A stretch of 64,000 bases of DNA from Podarcis tiliguerta (Eukaryota). The notes beneath the pieces are model-generated. The model was not told the origin of the DNA, did not search any database, and saw nothing but the letters and a program-made list of their open reading frames with translations. The stretch lies in the NCBI GenBank assembly GCA_965153285.1, contig OZ229129.1. One strand, given 5' to 3'. The position numbers were made by a program, and so were the translations under genes. The first letter of the stretch is position 1. Each line of letters starts with the position of its first letter. Below are positions 11,511 through 24,642 of the stretch, piece after piece.

Positions 11511-13931
11511 ATATGTACATTGGTTCCATGTACCGCATTGATGTAGCTGTTACACACCTTTCAGTGCTTTTGGTGAGCTAAAACCTGCAGGTTTCAAATG
11601 AGTCTGCCTTCCCACATCCCCTTGAGTCAGACATTGGCAGGCTGTCTCTTCACCCTCCAGATGACCAGGTGCATTCTCAGTTGTGACCAATGCAATTGGA
11701 CAGTTAGTTGACTTACACAACACACACCATCAATAATTTCAACAGTATGAAGTAGATGGGTGGAAAGGCTATAACCGATCTAGGTAAAATGCCCTGGAAA
11801 TTCTGACTTAGCACCCAAAGAGGTGATTGGCTAGTGCCAAAAATGATGTACAGTGGTGTGGGGAGTGGACTGTTATGCGCACTGGAAAGAGGTTGAGAAG
11901 TGGTGGTAGTCCTTTAGGGGTGGTACTTGGTATGCATTGACTCTCCTTCATTATTTGAATATCCTCCATGTTGGATCCCCATAATGGCTTCATTTCATTA
12001 ACAGAAGAATGAAACCCACTTAATTGTCCAAGCCTTCAGAGACCATGTTTAGTTTAATTTTAATTATTTCCCAGCCTTCTCCTTTTGGTTTTTAATTGTG
12101 CTGCTTAAATATTTCCTCTACATTTCATTGATTTTATTTTGCTGTAAACCCCTTTTGAGATCATCGCTGACAAACACCCACCCACCCATCCCTGCATAAA
12201 AGATCGCCAGATAATAAATAAATAAAAGCCTTTGGAGACATAGGAATCTGTGCTGTTTCTTCTGTTTCTAAAAAGGAAGGAACCTGCCATCTGGCTACTT
12301 GGGGGACAGAGTTGAAGAACACCACAGGTCTAAAGCTTTCGCTGACCAGCATTCGGCAATGGAGAAGAAAACAACTTAGCAACTGACTCTGATGGCGTCA
12401 TGTCATGTTTAATCAGCGAAGACTGAGCTAGTCACCTTGAGATTCTGAAAGCCTTGTTCGATACCATTTAAAAGATTGATTTTCTGTAACTATGAATCCT
12501 CTCAAGTAGTCATTAGACAGGAAGGAAGTTACCTAGGGCTTGTTTTTTTAAAAAAATACAGGGAGGGAGGGAGAATGAAATATAGAAGTCTAGCCTAGAG
12601 GAGGCAAGCCGAAAACTGAGGAGCTGTTTGTCAGACCAGAAACAAAGGTATACCTTGGAGGGCTGGCAGGGGTGATGTTATTCAAGTTGTTCCTTCGTAA
12701 CAGTGAGAACTCCTCCTTGACCTTCCCTCTCACTGACAACAGAGCTGGCTAGATAAATAAGCGGAGAAGGAAAATAGCAAGACAGTTTCTGAAGGAAATA
12801 AAGGAGAGAGATAACACTTAGATCTCTCTTTCTACAGAACCAGCATAAGTCATGGATGTTTACTGCCAACAGATGTTTGGGTGTAAAGGCAATTACTTAA
12901 GAACACTGCTGAGAAAACCATGTGTGCTCTTCATTCTGTAGACAGTTATTTTCTGCCAAACAGGAGAATATCTCTTGCAGTCCTAAAAACGTCCAGCCAG
13001 AATATGTGTTGTTAATTGAAGTGTTAACTCTTGCTTTGTTGGTATTTTGTTACGAGCATTGCATCAGACAAATAACTGGGTATCTATGTGATAACTGCCT
13101 TAAAAAAAGAAGAGGTGAAGTGGAATAGTAACTGCAAAGCAAGCTAGCAGCAATGAAAAGATTTGCAGCTATAAAAGGTTTGCCTTGATTTTCCATTGTA
13201 TTTCTTTTCCATTTTCAGCAAGGGTGGGTAGACAGGTTTGAGTGAGACTTTAAATGACCGGCAAGGCCAACCAGATCATGAACATTTGAGCAGGTTCTTT
13301 CAAGGTGCGTAATTTTGGAGTGACATATCTGCCCATTGTAAGTAGGGATGGAGGGGTTCACAGAATTAGCCACAGCCTTGGGTCTGAGCATAAATCAGGC
13401 ATGTCTCTTCCTCTCATGCTTCTGCTTGCTTCTTCCGCCAGTTTTTAGTTTACCCACACCCAACTCAGCTCTGGCCTTTGTCTTTTCTAATTGTGGTTCG
13501 AGGACCCGACCCCCACGAAGAAGAAATGAATACACCAGGACACGTGATATATGGTTTATGGGCATGAAAAGGCCACAACTTTATTGGTTACAGCAGTGAA
13601 AAGGTATTGGCTTAGGCATTGGATGTCCACCACAGGGGTTGAATCACCAGTAGGCCTGGCTACTGCAACAATTTCACAAGAACCTTGGCTGGCTATTCCA
13701 GCAATTTGAATCATTACTTAGATTTTAGCACTTGCTGGATCTTGGAATTGTAAGGGTCTCGGCATACAACCCACTTTCCCCCCTACCAAAAACACAAAAG
13801 AAAAAACCCTCATAAAAATATATAACAGTTCTACTGCCAATTGATTACTTTTAGTGATTCTTAATCCCCCAGCTCCTCAGTCCTTCACATCAGCCAATTT
13901 GACATGACACATCAGCCAATTTGACATGGCA

Positions 13932-14284
13932 GGGACACGGGTGGTGCTGTGGGTAAAAGCCTCAGCGCCTAGGGCTTGCCGATCGAAAGGTCGGCGGTTC
14001 GAATCCCCGTGGCGGGGTGCGCTCCTGTTGCTCGGTCCCAGCGCCTGCCAACCTAGCAGTTCGAAAGCACCCCCGTGTGCAAGTAGATAAATAGGGACCG
14101 CTTACTGGTGGGACAGTAAACGGTGTTTCCGTGTGTGGCTCTGGCTCGCCAGATGCAGCTTTGTCACACTGGCCACGTGACCCAGAAGTGTCTCCGGACA
14201 GCGCTGGCCCTCGGCCTCTTAAGTGAGATGGGCGCACAACCCTAGAGTCTGTCAAGACTGGCCTGTACGGGCAGGGGTACCTTT
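13932..14284 (+). mobile_element. Sauria SINE, full length, divergent subfamily
   Basis: Head and core match the 3375 copy but the 3' half differs; flanked by a 49-bp direct repeat at 13861-13909 and 14285-14333. Confidence 0.93.
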
Positions 14285-16663
14285 TTAATCCCCCAGCTCC
14301 TCAGTCCTTCACATCAGCCAATTTGACATGACAAACATATGTGCTGTTCTGGAGGTTTGTCTAGCAGGAACCATGAACTGGATAGTATGTTGTGAAAGCT
14401 GACTTTCTGGGGAGCCAATATTTATAATTATTTATTCTATTTCTAAGAAACTCATGTTAAAAACAAGAACAAAATAAAGCAACTCAAGGATTCTTGTCAG
14501 TAATAAATAACGTAATACTGGCCTGGGTCCATCTGCTCAAAGCTTTGAAGAAGCTGGAAGGTAGCACTGCATGTATAATTGAGATACTATTTTTTAATAA
14601 TAAAAAAAGAGCTGAAAAGGATCAACCCAACCCAGAGATCAGTGTGTGTTCCAGTGTGTGGCTAGAATCTTCCACAAGAGAAGTTTCCTTTTTTCCCAAT
14701 GGAGGAAGCAGTTCTTCAGAGAGAAAGGAGCCTCCCTCTATTGAAATTCATGGTGAGGCTTGCATATCATCAGAACTTATGTAATACCACTCCTGAAAGG
14801 AATGCACTAGCTGTCAATATGCCACCTCAGGCTTTATGGTCCTTGAGTTAACATCTTGAGACTGAAGACAAATCTTCCAGGCCTTCCCTGGCTTTTAGTG
14901 CCAATTATTTTAAATTTGTCTCAGTTTCAGTTTTTAAGGTTAACTCCATACACCATCCTTAGAGTTTATGAAAAGCATTACATAAATAGTTTAAAGTAAG
15001 CAAACAAACAACTTACAATCATACTCTGTTGCAGCTGTCTTGGGAGTCACCATGTCTGTTTCAGTAGGGACCAGATTTTCTACAGTACATTAATTTGTTA
15101 TTCACTCCACCCTGTATACTACATCTCCAAAAATTTAGTTTTAATAAGATAACTTTGTTGTGTTCTTTTATGAAAAGGAAGGAAAAGAACTGCAGATCTG
15201 GATCACCAACCACTGCTTTCTGCTTTCTGATATTTTGCCTCTACATATTTTAATTTATTTATGCAGAATCGTTCCCTTCCCATACTTTTCCGCCCTAAGG
15301 AGATCAAAGTTGAGTACACTACATTACATAAGTCCACAGGCAAACTGATAAATAAAACACTGTCAAAAAAAAAAAAAAAACAACCCCAAATCCCTGAACC
15401 AACAACGATCTCAACAGGTGTGATCCAGACTTACGGTAATCATGCCTAGAGTAGTTCCATTGAAATCAGGGCACTGACTTGATTTCAGTGGTTCTATCTG
15501 ACTATGTTTGGATCCAACACAATGCAACTGCATGCGTGATTGCCCACTAGTAGTCCTGATATGCTGATATGCACTTGAACATATCATACAACAATATTAA
15601 CATAATTGTGCATCATATGCATGCTTCATCTTTAGTAGTGTTTAATCATTCTATAAATGCACATTTGTAATGTGAAGATGTGGGAAGGAGATAATAATGA
15701 ACAAAGGGCTGTAGAAAATGATAACATTCAGAAATTAAAATTGAGGCATGGGGTATTCTGAATCATACAGCTGGCAGCCTAGGTTTTCTTATATGGAACT
15801 TCAAAATCCAGGGAGAAAGACGAGGGGAAATCGTAAGAAGCAGTACTAGCTAGATCTAGCTTCACCCTAGCTCTTGGTTTCAACCTCCCAGAACTTTCAA
15901 AAGGAACTCAAAAGAGCCTGATGTTAGGTTGCTCAGTGGTTGCTTTAGGTCTATGTTTCTCTCTTGCCTGTCTTGCTCATTTGTCATGGGTCTTGCTACT
16001 AACACTGGACTAAAGTTCAATTGTAAGCAAGTTTAAGGATTCATCCTCATGAAAAAGATCTGAGGGATTCAGAGAAGTCAAAAGAGTTTCATTCAGATTG
16101 ACCACATTTTTCAGGGGGATTTCTTACACCCCCAGAGTCAGCCTAAAATAAAATTTGAAGCATATTTAACATGCTTCTCCACAGGCAGCATGTCTGGGAA
16201 AATAGTGGGGTGGGATTCCTGCCTGCAAAGATTTTGACCAGAGCTGAGCCAAAACACAAGATTATGAAAAATATACATCAAATCGTGTTCCACAGAGTGG
16301 CGAAATGTTGGAAGGTATGCTGCTCTCAGTCCTTTTTTTTTTAAAAAAAAAAGAATTAATTTAATTAATTAGAAGGGAAATAGAAATAACTGCTGCTCTT
16401 GATTTTGTTTGTGTGTTAGATGTTGGACACTGCTTTGATATGTTACATGAAAGGTAGTATTAAAATAACCTAAATAAACAACTAAGCCCATTCTCTTGGA
16501 TTCTGAGGCCTCAGGGGTAAGCCTCAACTCAGCCACTGGCTTGTGCTGGATTCCTAAGAGATGTTGGCCCCATGAATATACACATATAAAGGCCCTATAT
16601 TTGTTTACTGTTGCTACTGGAATAGCTTTTGAAAGCTTTGAGTGCCAATAAAATAGTACAAGT

Positions 16664-16955
16664 TCACATTCACACCAAACATTTAAAGTCTTATACTGCT
16701 TTAAACTTCTGCATCTCTCCTTCCCCTGCCCCCGCAAAGAATCCTGGGAGCTGTGGTTTGTTAAGATTGCTGAGAATTGTTTGGAGACTCATGTTCCCCG
16801 CCCCCAAGAAGGATTATTGTGAAAATACTCTGAGAATTGTAGCTCTGTCAGTGGAATAGGGGGGTCAACAAACTACAGCTCCCATGATTCTTTGGTGGAA
16901 AGCATGACAGTTTAAAGTGGCATAATGCTTTAAAATGTTTGCTGTGAATATGACC
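16664..16955. mobile_element. Fold-back MITE
   Basis: Inverted arms caaagaatcctgggagctgt / acagctcccatgattctttg and cattcacaccaaacatttaaag / ctttaaaatgtttgctgtgaat; related halves at about 42860-43060 and 55940-56270. Confidence 0.65.
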
Positions 16956-17485
16956 ACGTACTATTATGGTGGCGTTCCAGCCTCTCAAAAGCACCTGCTA
17001 TTCCAGTACCTACTACAAATCTCATCATCCTTGAGCATTGGCCATGCTGGCTGTGGATGATGGGAGTCGGAGTCCAACAATATCTAGAGCGCATCATACT
17101 GACTGCCCCTTCTATGTTCTTTTCTCCTTTCCCTGTTCCTTCCCCCCCACTTCTGTAAGCTATGTTCTATATAGACAATTTGTTTTCTTTCTAGCCAGTA
17201 AAATAATAATAACAAATATGCCTTCACTGGTAAATCTAACTTGCTGTTTATTCACAATCTTCATAATAAAAAGGGACTCATATATTAACATAACCAGCAA
17301 CTCTACCCATGATTAATAGCTTTGAATATTTAATATGAAATAAAACATTTATGGGAAACCAAATAGGCTCAGACAAAAGGTGAGATTACTGTACTCACGC
17401 AGACTTCACACACAACCTATTGTAAACTGAAACATCTGCAGCACATGCCTCCTTAACAAATGTAGATATTTTTGCCCACTCTTTT

Positions 17486-17640
17486 GCCACAGCTCAGTTG
17501 TAGAGCACCTGTCTTGTATACAGTTCAGTCCCCAGCATCTCCAGTTAGGGCTGATCCAGGAGAGCCACTGCTGGTCAGTGTGAACAATACTGAGCTAGAT
17601 TTACCCATTGTCTGATTCAGTATAAGGCTGCTTTGTGTAT
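17486..17640 (+). mobile_element. tRNA-Ala-derived SINE, degenerate
   Basis: agctcagttgtagagcacc...gttcagtccccagcatctccag...aatactgagctagat...tcagtataaggctgct. Confidence 0.7.
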
Positions 17641-19289
17641 GGATCCTATCATTCAGTGTACTTCTTTAATATGTTTGAGACATAGTTCTACTAAGCTAGG
17701 AGATATGATACCATCTCAGCTTATGATTGGGCTGGAAGCCTTCTGCTTCTCTCCAGATAACTGTTCTGCTGCAGCTTCACAAAATCTGAGGTTAGTAGTG
17801 ATACTTAGTTATTATATGATTGCACATTGAACAAATCCGTCCCTTCCTTTACCTTTGCGTAGCTAGCATCAATTAATAATATTTTACAGATTACCCCAGA
17901 ATGGCATTAAAAATTGATGTAAAGACAGAAAGTCTACTTGTACTCATTAAATTCCATATTCCCATCCCTGCAGGACAATAATGGTAAGCTTTATGATGGC
18001 CCTTTATGAGAGTCATGGAAGAGTGGTGGTTTACGGGCCACTTTGCAGCCATAGCAACTGCACTCTTGATGGCTAATCTGGACCATGTGTTCAGTCCCTT
18101 TAAAATGCAGCCAGGCTTGCAGAAAAAGGATTCCAAGAATTCTTCTCATTTATTGAAACTGACTTCTAGGAAACACTCTCAAGACCTTGACACATACCAG
18201 AGTACTTACATGGAACTAATGTGGTTCAGGTAAAGTGTAAGGGCTGCGTAAAGGGGAGCCAATGGCAACAATTAAGAAGGGGGTCATTCTAGCAGAGGCA
18301 AAAATAAATAAATGAGTTTTGCCTGCAGTTCTATGCAGGAAGCAATGCATCCCCTCTTAGCATGAGATGCTTTCCCTTAAGGGTTTCCCCAGCAATATGA
18401 GAGACATGGTCCACACCCTGTTCTGACAAGGAAGAGAGAAGATTGGGTGAAGATCAATGCGTCAATACAGATATATCAGCCAGTCATGGGGAAATTATAT
18501 TTCCCAGTCGCTCTGGTTCCTAACTCTCAGCCACAGCAGTATGTAACAGAAAAGTATGCAGAGGTTTCCCAGTCTCATGATGGAAAACACTGAGACCACT
18601 GCTGTGTCAACAGAGATATCCTTCTTCTGATGGAGGCCAAAACTGCATAAAGGGGACATCCCAGCAGAGGATTATATGCCCCTGCCATTTCCTGATTCTG
18701 CACAGACCTTAAGATGTCACTTGCCATGGAACTAGTTGCTAGTGGCAAGAGGAAAAGATGGAAATAGAAGGGGAGGATGAAAAGCTGCCATCCATCTACC
18801 TTCTTGATTGACCCGAACCAGCAGAACTACGGTAGTAAGGGCTTGCTCACACTGCACTTGTCCCATACTTAGAAAGCATGGGTCCAAGCAGATTTCCATT
18901 TGCTCCACTGCTTTCCCTAGGAAAATCTGCTCATTGCTGCTGAATTGGAACAAATGGTTATCTGTGGAAAACCCGATTAGTGTTTGCTCATATTCAGTGG
19001 TACAAAGTGGTTTTTCCCAGGGGAAAGCAGCAGGACTAAAGGAAGTGTAGATGAGCCCTAAGTAGTGTTAATGCCACCACATATTATCCCCACCTCTATA
19101 ATTTGACTCTGCCCAAGTTACCTAAAAGCAACCATGATGAAGCCAGTCATTTTTTTCTGGGAGATGAAATTTCAGTCCTGTAGGGCCACCACTGAAAAGA
19201 CCTACCCCTGGTACTCATCAATCTGACTTCTTTTCCTGACCTGGAGGCTGCAGAAGTAGGATTGATAATGTATTGGCAAACTACGAATA

Positions 19290-19657
19290 CAGTGGTGCCC
19301 CGCAAGAGGATTGCCTCGCAAGATGGAAAACTCGCAAGACGAAAGGGTTTTCCGTTTGCAGAGGCGCTTCGCAAGACGAATTTCCCTATGGGCTTGCTTC
19401 ACAAGATGAAAAATGATGAAAATTTTCTGGGGTTTTTTTTTGCTCCAAAACCCCTTATTTTGAATCGCTAAGCTGCTAAAAGCATTTTAGCAGCAAAACC
19501 GCTAATCCCCCACCCCTTAAAAAGCCGTTTTTAGCCCTTAAAATGTCAATAGCGCTAATAGTGTTACTCCGTCAATGGGCTTGCTTCGCAAGACGAAAAA
19601 ACCGCAATATGAAAAGACCCGCGGAACGGATTCTTTTCGTCTTGCGAGGCACCACTG
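19290..19657. mobile_element. Tc1/mariner-pogo-type MITE (368 bp)
   Basis: TIR cagtggtgccccgcaaga / tcttgcgaggcaccactg; TA flanks; internal cgcaaga repeats. Confidence 0.9.
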
Positions 19658-22600
19658 TACTCTATTTTACCCGTCCTTCACCACAAGATGATACGGTATA
19701 TATCGTAAAATTGTTGCAATTATGAAATGCATTCTAACCAAAATAGAACTGAGCACACCTTTCAGTATGGGGGAGCCTCTCCCTTTCACTCCCTACATTG
19801 CTCCTTGCCGTGCCACATCTCTTGCAGATTGTGGAAAATTTGAAAGACATACCATTCAATATTTTCCCTCTTGGCACAAAATTTAGCTTACATTTTGCTT
19901 AGATTAAAAAACCACAGAATACGAAAGGTTATGAATGTTTCTTCCAGAGGTTAGCATTAAGGTGATAGCATGGGTTACAGGTTACTTGCAATCTGGCCCA
20001 GAATGGCACACAAAAAGTAGTTGAATATTATTTGCACATTATTTTCCTACCTGTGTAGGAATGTGTGTGATTTGCATCTGATGGGGGGTCCTGCCATTAA
20101 AACCCAGGGCATGTGAATAACTAGAGAAGAAATCAATCCACTGAATGAGTGAATGGGGCAGAAGCAATATGCAATGTTATTAAAACACTTTGTCACTGCA
20201 GTCCCTGCTTAATAAAATAAGGGCTCTTGCACTTGTAAAAATATGAGTGGACAGAGATCTCACACCTCAACACTTTATTAATATCCATAAAATATATGCC
20301 TTCTAACATATTCTAAACCCAACATTTCCAACAAATAACATGCTCATTGTGAATTAAGAAAAGAATAAATGTCACTCTTACGATATGCTTGCACCATAAT
20401 AGCCTTTTGGAATCTTAACCAGCTAGCAACTATCTGAGCTTGAATCCTCTCCTCCAACACCTGAGCTTGAAACCACAGATATTCAAACCCAAATGAATGT
20501 GATCCTGAACAAATCTCATGATTACAACTGGCTTTGTATGGTTGGATGTTTGACCCGTTGCCTCACTTCTGTTTCCACTGCACATCCTCTGCCCTTTTGT
20601 TTCATTCTGCCATTTCTGATAATTTGTAATAAATGGGAATTGAAACAGGATTAGGATTGGGGGGGGGGAATCTGGACTTAATTTTCCTTTTGTCTGATCA
20701 AATTCAAGGCCTCAAGCTCCCCAGCTATATTTAAGTTTAAAATGGGGGGGGGACACACACCACTTGTCTTCTGCATCATCTACAGCTTGTCCCATTGAGA
20801 CGAGCCCAAACGAAGCATAGCAAATCACTCCTGATCTTCTTAATTTAAATGGAATTGGAAGATCACTTGTACAATTCAATGTTTGCTTCGTAACTGAAAT
20901 TAAACTTTGTGATGCTGTCATCTGTATTCTGAATGAAAGGTAGACTCTGAATCAAAGAAGAAAGATCAGCCTGCAGTGCTCGAGACAAAGGAGCCACTTA
21001 AAACAAGCACGTTTACAGGGGTAGATTCGTAGAGGACATTCACATACTTCCTCAAGGTTGCTTATGCATATGATTAGCCAGGGCGACAGAACATAGCAAC
21101 AACAATCAATTGTATTGCTTGTGAATAAAAATTCCTAAACAATGGGAAACGGGTTTCCTCCTTCAGTTGGAAGATATGTTTTAAATCTAACTTGTTAAAT
21201 AGAACTGTCTGAATCAGAATAGTATCATTTTTCTGAATAGCAAGAAAATGTTCTGAAGTAGCCTTGGACTTTTGCAGGACCCTGCTAAATTCAAGGTTAA
21301 AAAAACAAACAAAGATGGGGAGAGGGTGAAGGCATGGTTAAGGTCCCCATCTTCAGTAGTCAAAATAGTCTCATTAATCACTCCTTCTCATGCTCCATTA
21401 CTCTTCAGCGTTCAAGGCCACCATCATGCGAGATAAGGGAGATGAAATTCAGTCATGGAATAAAGTTATTTATGGCTCAGTTCAGACATAGGAGGAAACC
21501 CAGGTTCCCCTCTGTGTGAATGAGCTGCGACAGACCTTTATTTTACTTTTGTGTCCATAAAGAGATTGAAAGCTTCCTCTTTTGATATCTAACCATAGTT
21601 CATTGTCATGTTCAGATACGGGAAACATTGTTTAAACTAGTTAATGTGAGGGGAAAGTTTCAAAAATTTGTCCTGCAATTTTTGGGAAAAAAAAATTCCA
21701 CAGTGAAAGATCAGGTTTTTTGGCCTCATTCTCAGGGTACTTTAGTCTTTTATTACAATTCTTTGCCATTTCAGTTGGTACCATGTTATTTTGCGAGGTG
21801 ACTAGGGGTGGTATATGTTTTTTTTCAACAGCACTCTGCAGCCTCCCTGGCTGGCCAGGCTTCCTGATTTGAAAAGGCCCCATTGGAGGAGTAACCTCAC
21901 AATGTCTCCCCTGGACTTTAACTGAAGCATAGGTTGCTGGGGAGGCTGGCATTGTTCTTAAGTGAAATGCTTACTTTTGCCTGTAAAAAGTAAAATAAAA
22001 TATTTCTACCCTCATTTATTTAGAAGGAAAAATATATCACTCTAAAAAAAATACACACAGAGCTATGAATAACTGTCAGGTACATGGTGGACAACCTGTC
22101 CGCCTTCCTGCATGTACTGTAAAAGACATAACGGGGTTCTCAGGAAGTATGAGCACCTAGGAAGGCTGCTGCATGCAGACCATTGGGGAGATGATTTGAA
22201 GACTGAAAGGGGATTCGCAAACACATCTTGGCTATTCCAAATGTAAGATAAGTGGAACAAAAACTCACAGCCTACCCATGAGAATCACATTGATTCCCCC
22301 TCTTTTGTCATTTTTGAGTGTCATTTGTTTTCTCGTTAACTGTTGGAAAATATAATATTTGGATGCATGAATTTATTAGCAGATCACTAGTTTAAATAAA
22401 CCACCACCCTCTGTGTTTTCATGTTACTGTGAACTGTGAATAGCTTAAAACTGACAGTGAAGCTTTCCATCTGTTTCTCATGGGTTTCTAACAGGTGGAT
22501 TACTGACCCCACCAAAAAGTAGTGTGTGTTAGTTAATAAGCATGCAGGATGAGATGCCACTGAGATGATATATACAAAATACTAGATGTTAATGTTTACA

Positions 22601-24329
22601 AAGGGTCAAAGAAATATTTTTGCTTGTGTTCAGCAACTCATTGGGCCATGATAGGAACAACACCATGGTAGGAACATCAGGGAAGGAACAAAGCTAGTCT
22701 GTTCCTGATTTTAATTAAGGCACCTAAAAAGTTATCAAAGGCAAGTGGGACTTCAGTACTTTTATTTTCATATTCTAAAACCTCAAGAAAATGCTGCATA
22801 AATCAGCTCTGGACTAGCTTAAATGAAGATCTATTCTGCCACTTGTCAGGCAACAAATTCCATCATGCTGGCATCTCATGCACATGTCTTCTTTTTCTTC
22901 TTCTTATGAGTAGTCTGGGGGTGGCTCTGCCTGTAAGTTCCCCCACCCTATAGTCTCAGTGCAAAATTCAGCAGAGAGGATAATGGGGCAGAACTAGAAT
23001 TAGTTGACTCTCCCTGATATTGTCACCTGCTCTACCTACTGTTTGAATTTTCTGCATTCTGCCCCACCAGTGCCAATGGGCACCAGCCACTACTGTCCAG
23101 TGAGCAGGGAAACCAATGTGATTAGAAGCTGCTATTATTGCCTCCTTGGCCTCTACAAACCTAGCCTTTTACATATCAAGTGGCTGGGCATAATGCACCC
23201 CTTTGCCACTTCCCAGAGCATCTCAGCTCTATCCATCTCCACTGACACTCTGGCATCCCCTGCCCATCAGTGATGGCCAGTACCCACCTTCTGGTCAAAC
23301 AGAGCCCGCCTTCTGGCTGGGCAACAAACAACTCGTATTTGAAAGGGAGATTGAAGAAGGGAAGACTACTAACACAAAGTTTGCCATGGCTTATTCTCAC
23401 AATGGGAGCTAAACTAAGCCAATAAACTAAGCCATAGCTATTATGGGGTAACTCTGGGGAGAAAAAAATGTTAATGCTAAGAAAATATGGGGGGAAAATA
23501 CTACAGTAGATTTACTAAGGGAGGCTACCAGTTGCTGAGATCTAGAAGTTAAATCACCAAAGGTAGCGCTGAAGTCTCTGTTCTGATTTGACCTGTGGGA
23601 GAAAAGAGTCTCTATAAATTTTTGTCAGATGAGTCTCTTTATTGCCTCTTTCCAACCTGAAATGCAATAAATCAGCACTCTGTTTCTGAAAGCCGGTCTT
23701 AGAGAATGACTCTGTGATCACAGACATGCAATCAGCAGAAAAACCTTTTCAGTGCCAAAGTCCTTCTCCTCCTAACAGGTAGGGAGGATTTCAGCAAACA
23801 TGCAGGACCTCTGGGGAATATCCATTGGCAGCTGGGAAAGAACTGGAAACCAGGTTTATAAATCCAACGGTGGAAAATAAATCTTTAATTCACAGGGCTG
23901 CCATGTTCACCATGGGGGAATGTTGAAGTTCCAAAAAGGACAGAAACTGATACAGAGAATGTGAAGGTTTCTTGAAACCCCCCAAATATGTATTAACACA
24001 ACACCACCAGGTTCCCAGGGATAATTAGAACAGACTCATTCCCTGGGAATCTTTTAATATGCTGCTGAAAAATGCACCATCCACAAACATATCTCAGTAG
24101 GCTTGGGGAAACTCAAAGATTTCCAGAAGTAGATTAATATTTAGAAGAAGACAAAAACTTTGGGGGAAATCTGCATAGAACCTAAGGAAGACAGATCAAA
24201 TTGAGCGAGCACAGAATGCTGACTGACAGGTGTGGGTGTGGGTGCTGAAAAATGGGGAGCTGGTTGAATGGAGTGTTTTTGAAAAGGGCATGGCTGGTTG
24301 TCTCAATTATGAATGTAAGAGCCACACAG

Positions 24330-24642
24330 TGCCACTTCTGGAAACAGTATTGTAGGTGGGGTCTGATCAAGGCAGAATAGAGTGATGCAAGAGCATTACT
24401 TTCCTTGATCTGGAAGCTATACTTCTGTAGATGCAGCCTACAATTGCAATGGCCTTTTTTGCTGCTGCATCACATATGTTGACTCATGTTAAGCTTGTGT
24501 TCTACTAAGACCCATTAGATCCTTTTCACATGTACTGCAAGACAGGTGCTCCTCATCCTATATTTTTGTGCATCTGATTATTCCTACCTAAGTGTATAAC
24601 CTTATATTTGTCCCTACTGAAATTCATTTCATTAGTTTTAGT
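24330..24642 (-). mobile_element. Old CR1 LINE internal fragment
   Basis: Aligns by eye to about 6130-6440 of the young CR1 (gatgcagcc...attgca..ggc.tttt..gctgc...tcaca; aagcttgtg...agatcc.tttcacatgtactgc); IRPHLQYC peptide. Confidence 0.85.

Noticed and set aside
15340-15380. AATAAA followed by A16, suggesting a retrocopy end
   Set aside because: The signal-to-A spacing is short, and there is no TSD or upstream coding similarity.
19290-19657. Spaced cgcaagacgaa repeats resembling a CRISPR-like array
   Set aside because: Irregular subterminal repeats within a TIR-bounded MITE in a vertebrate genome; no cas genes.
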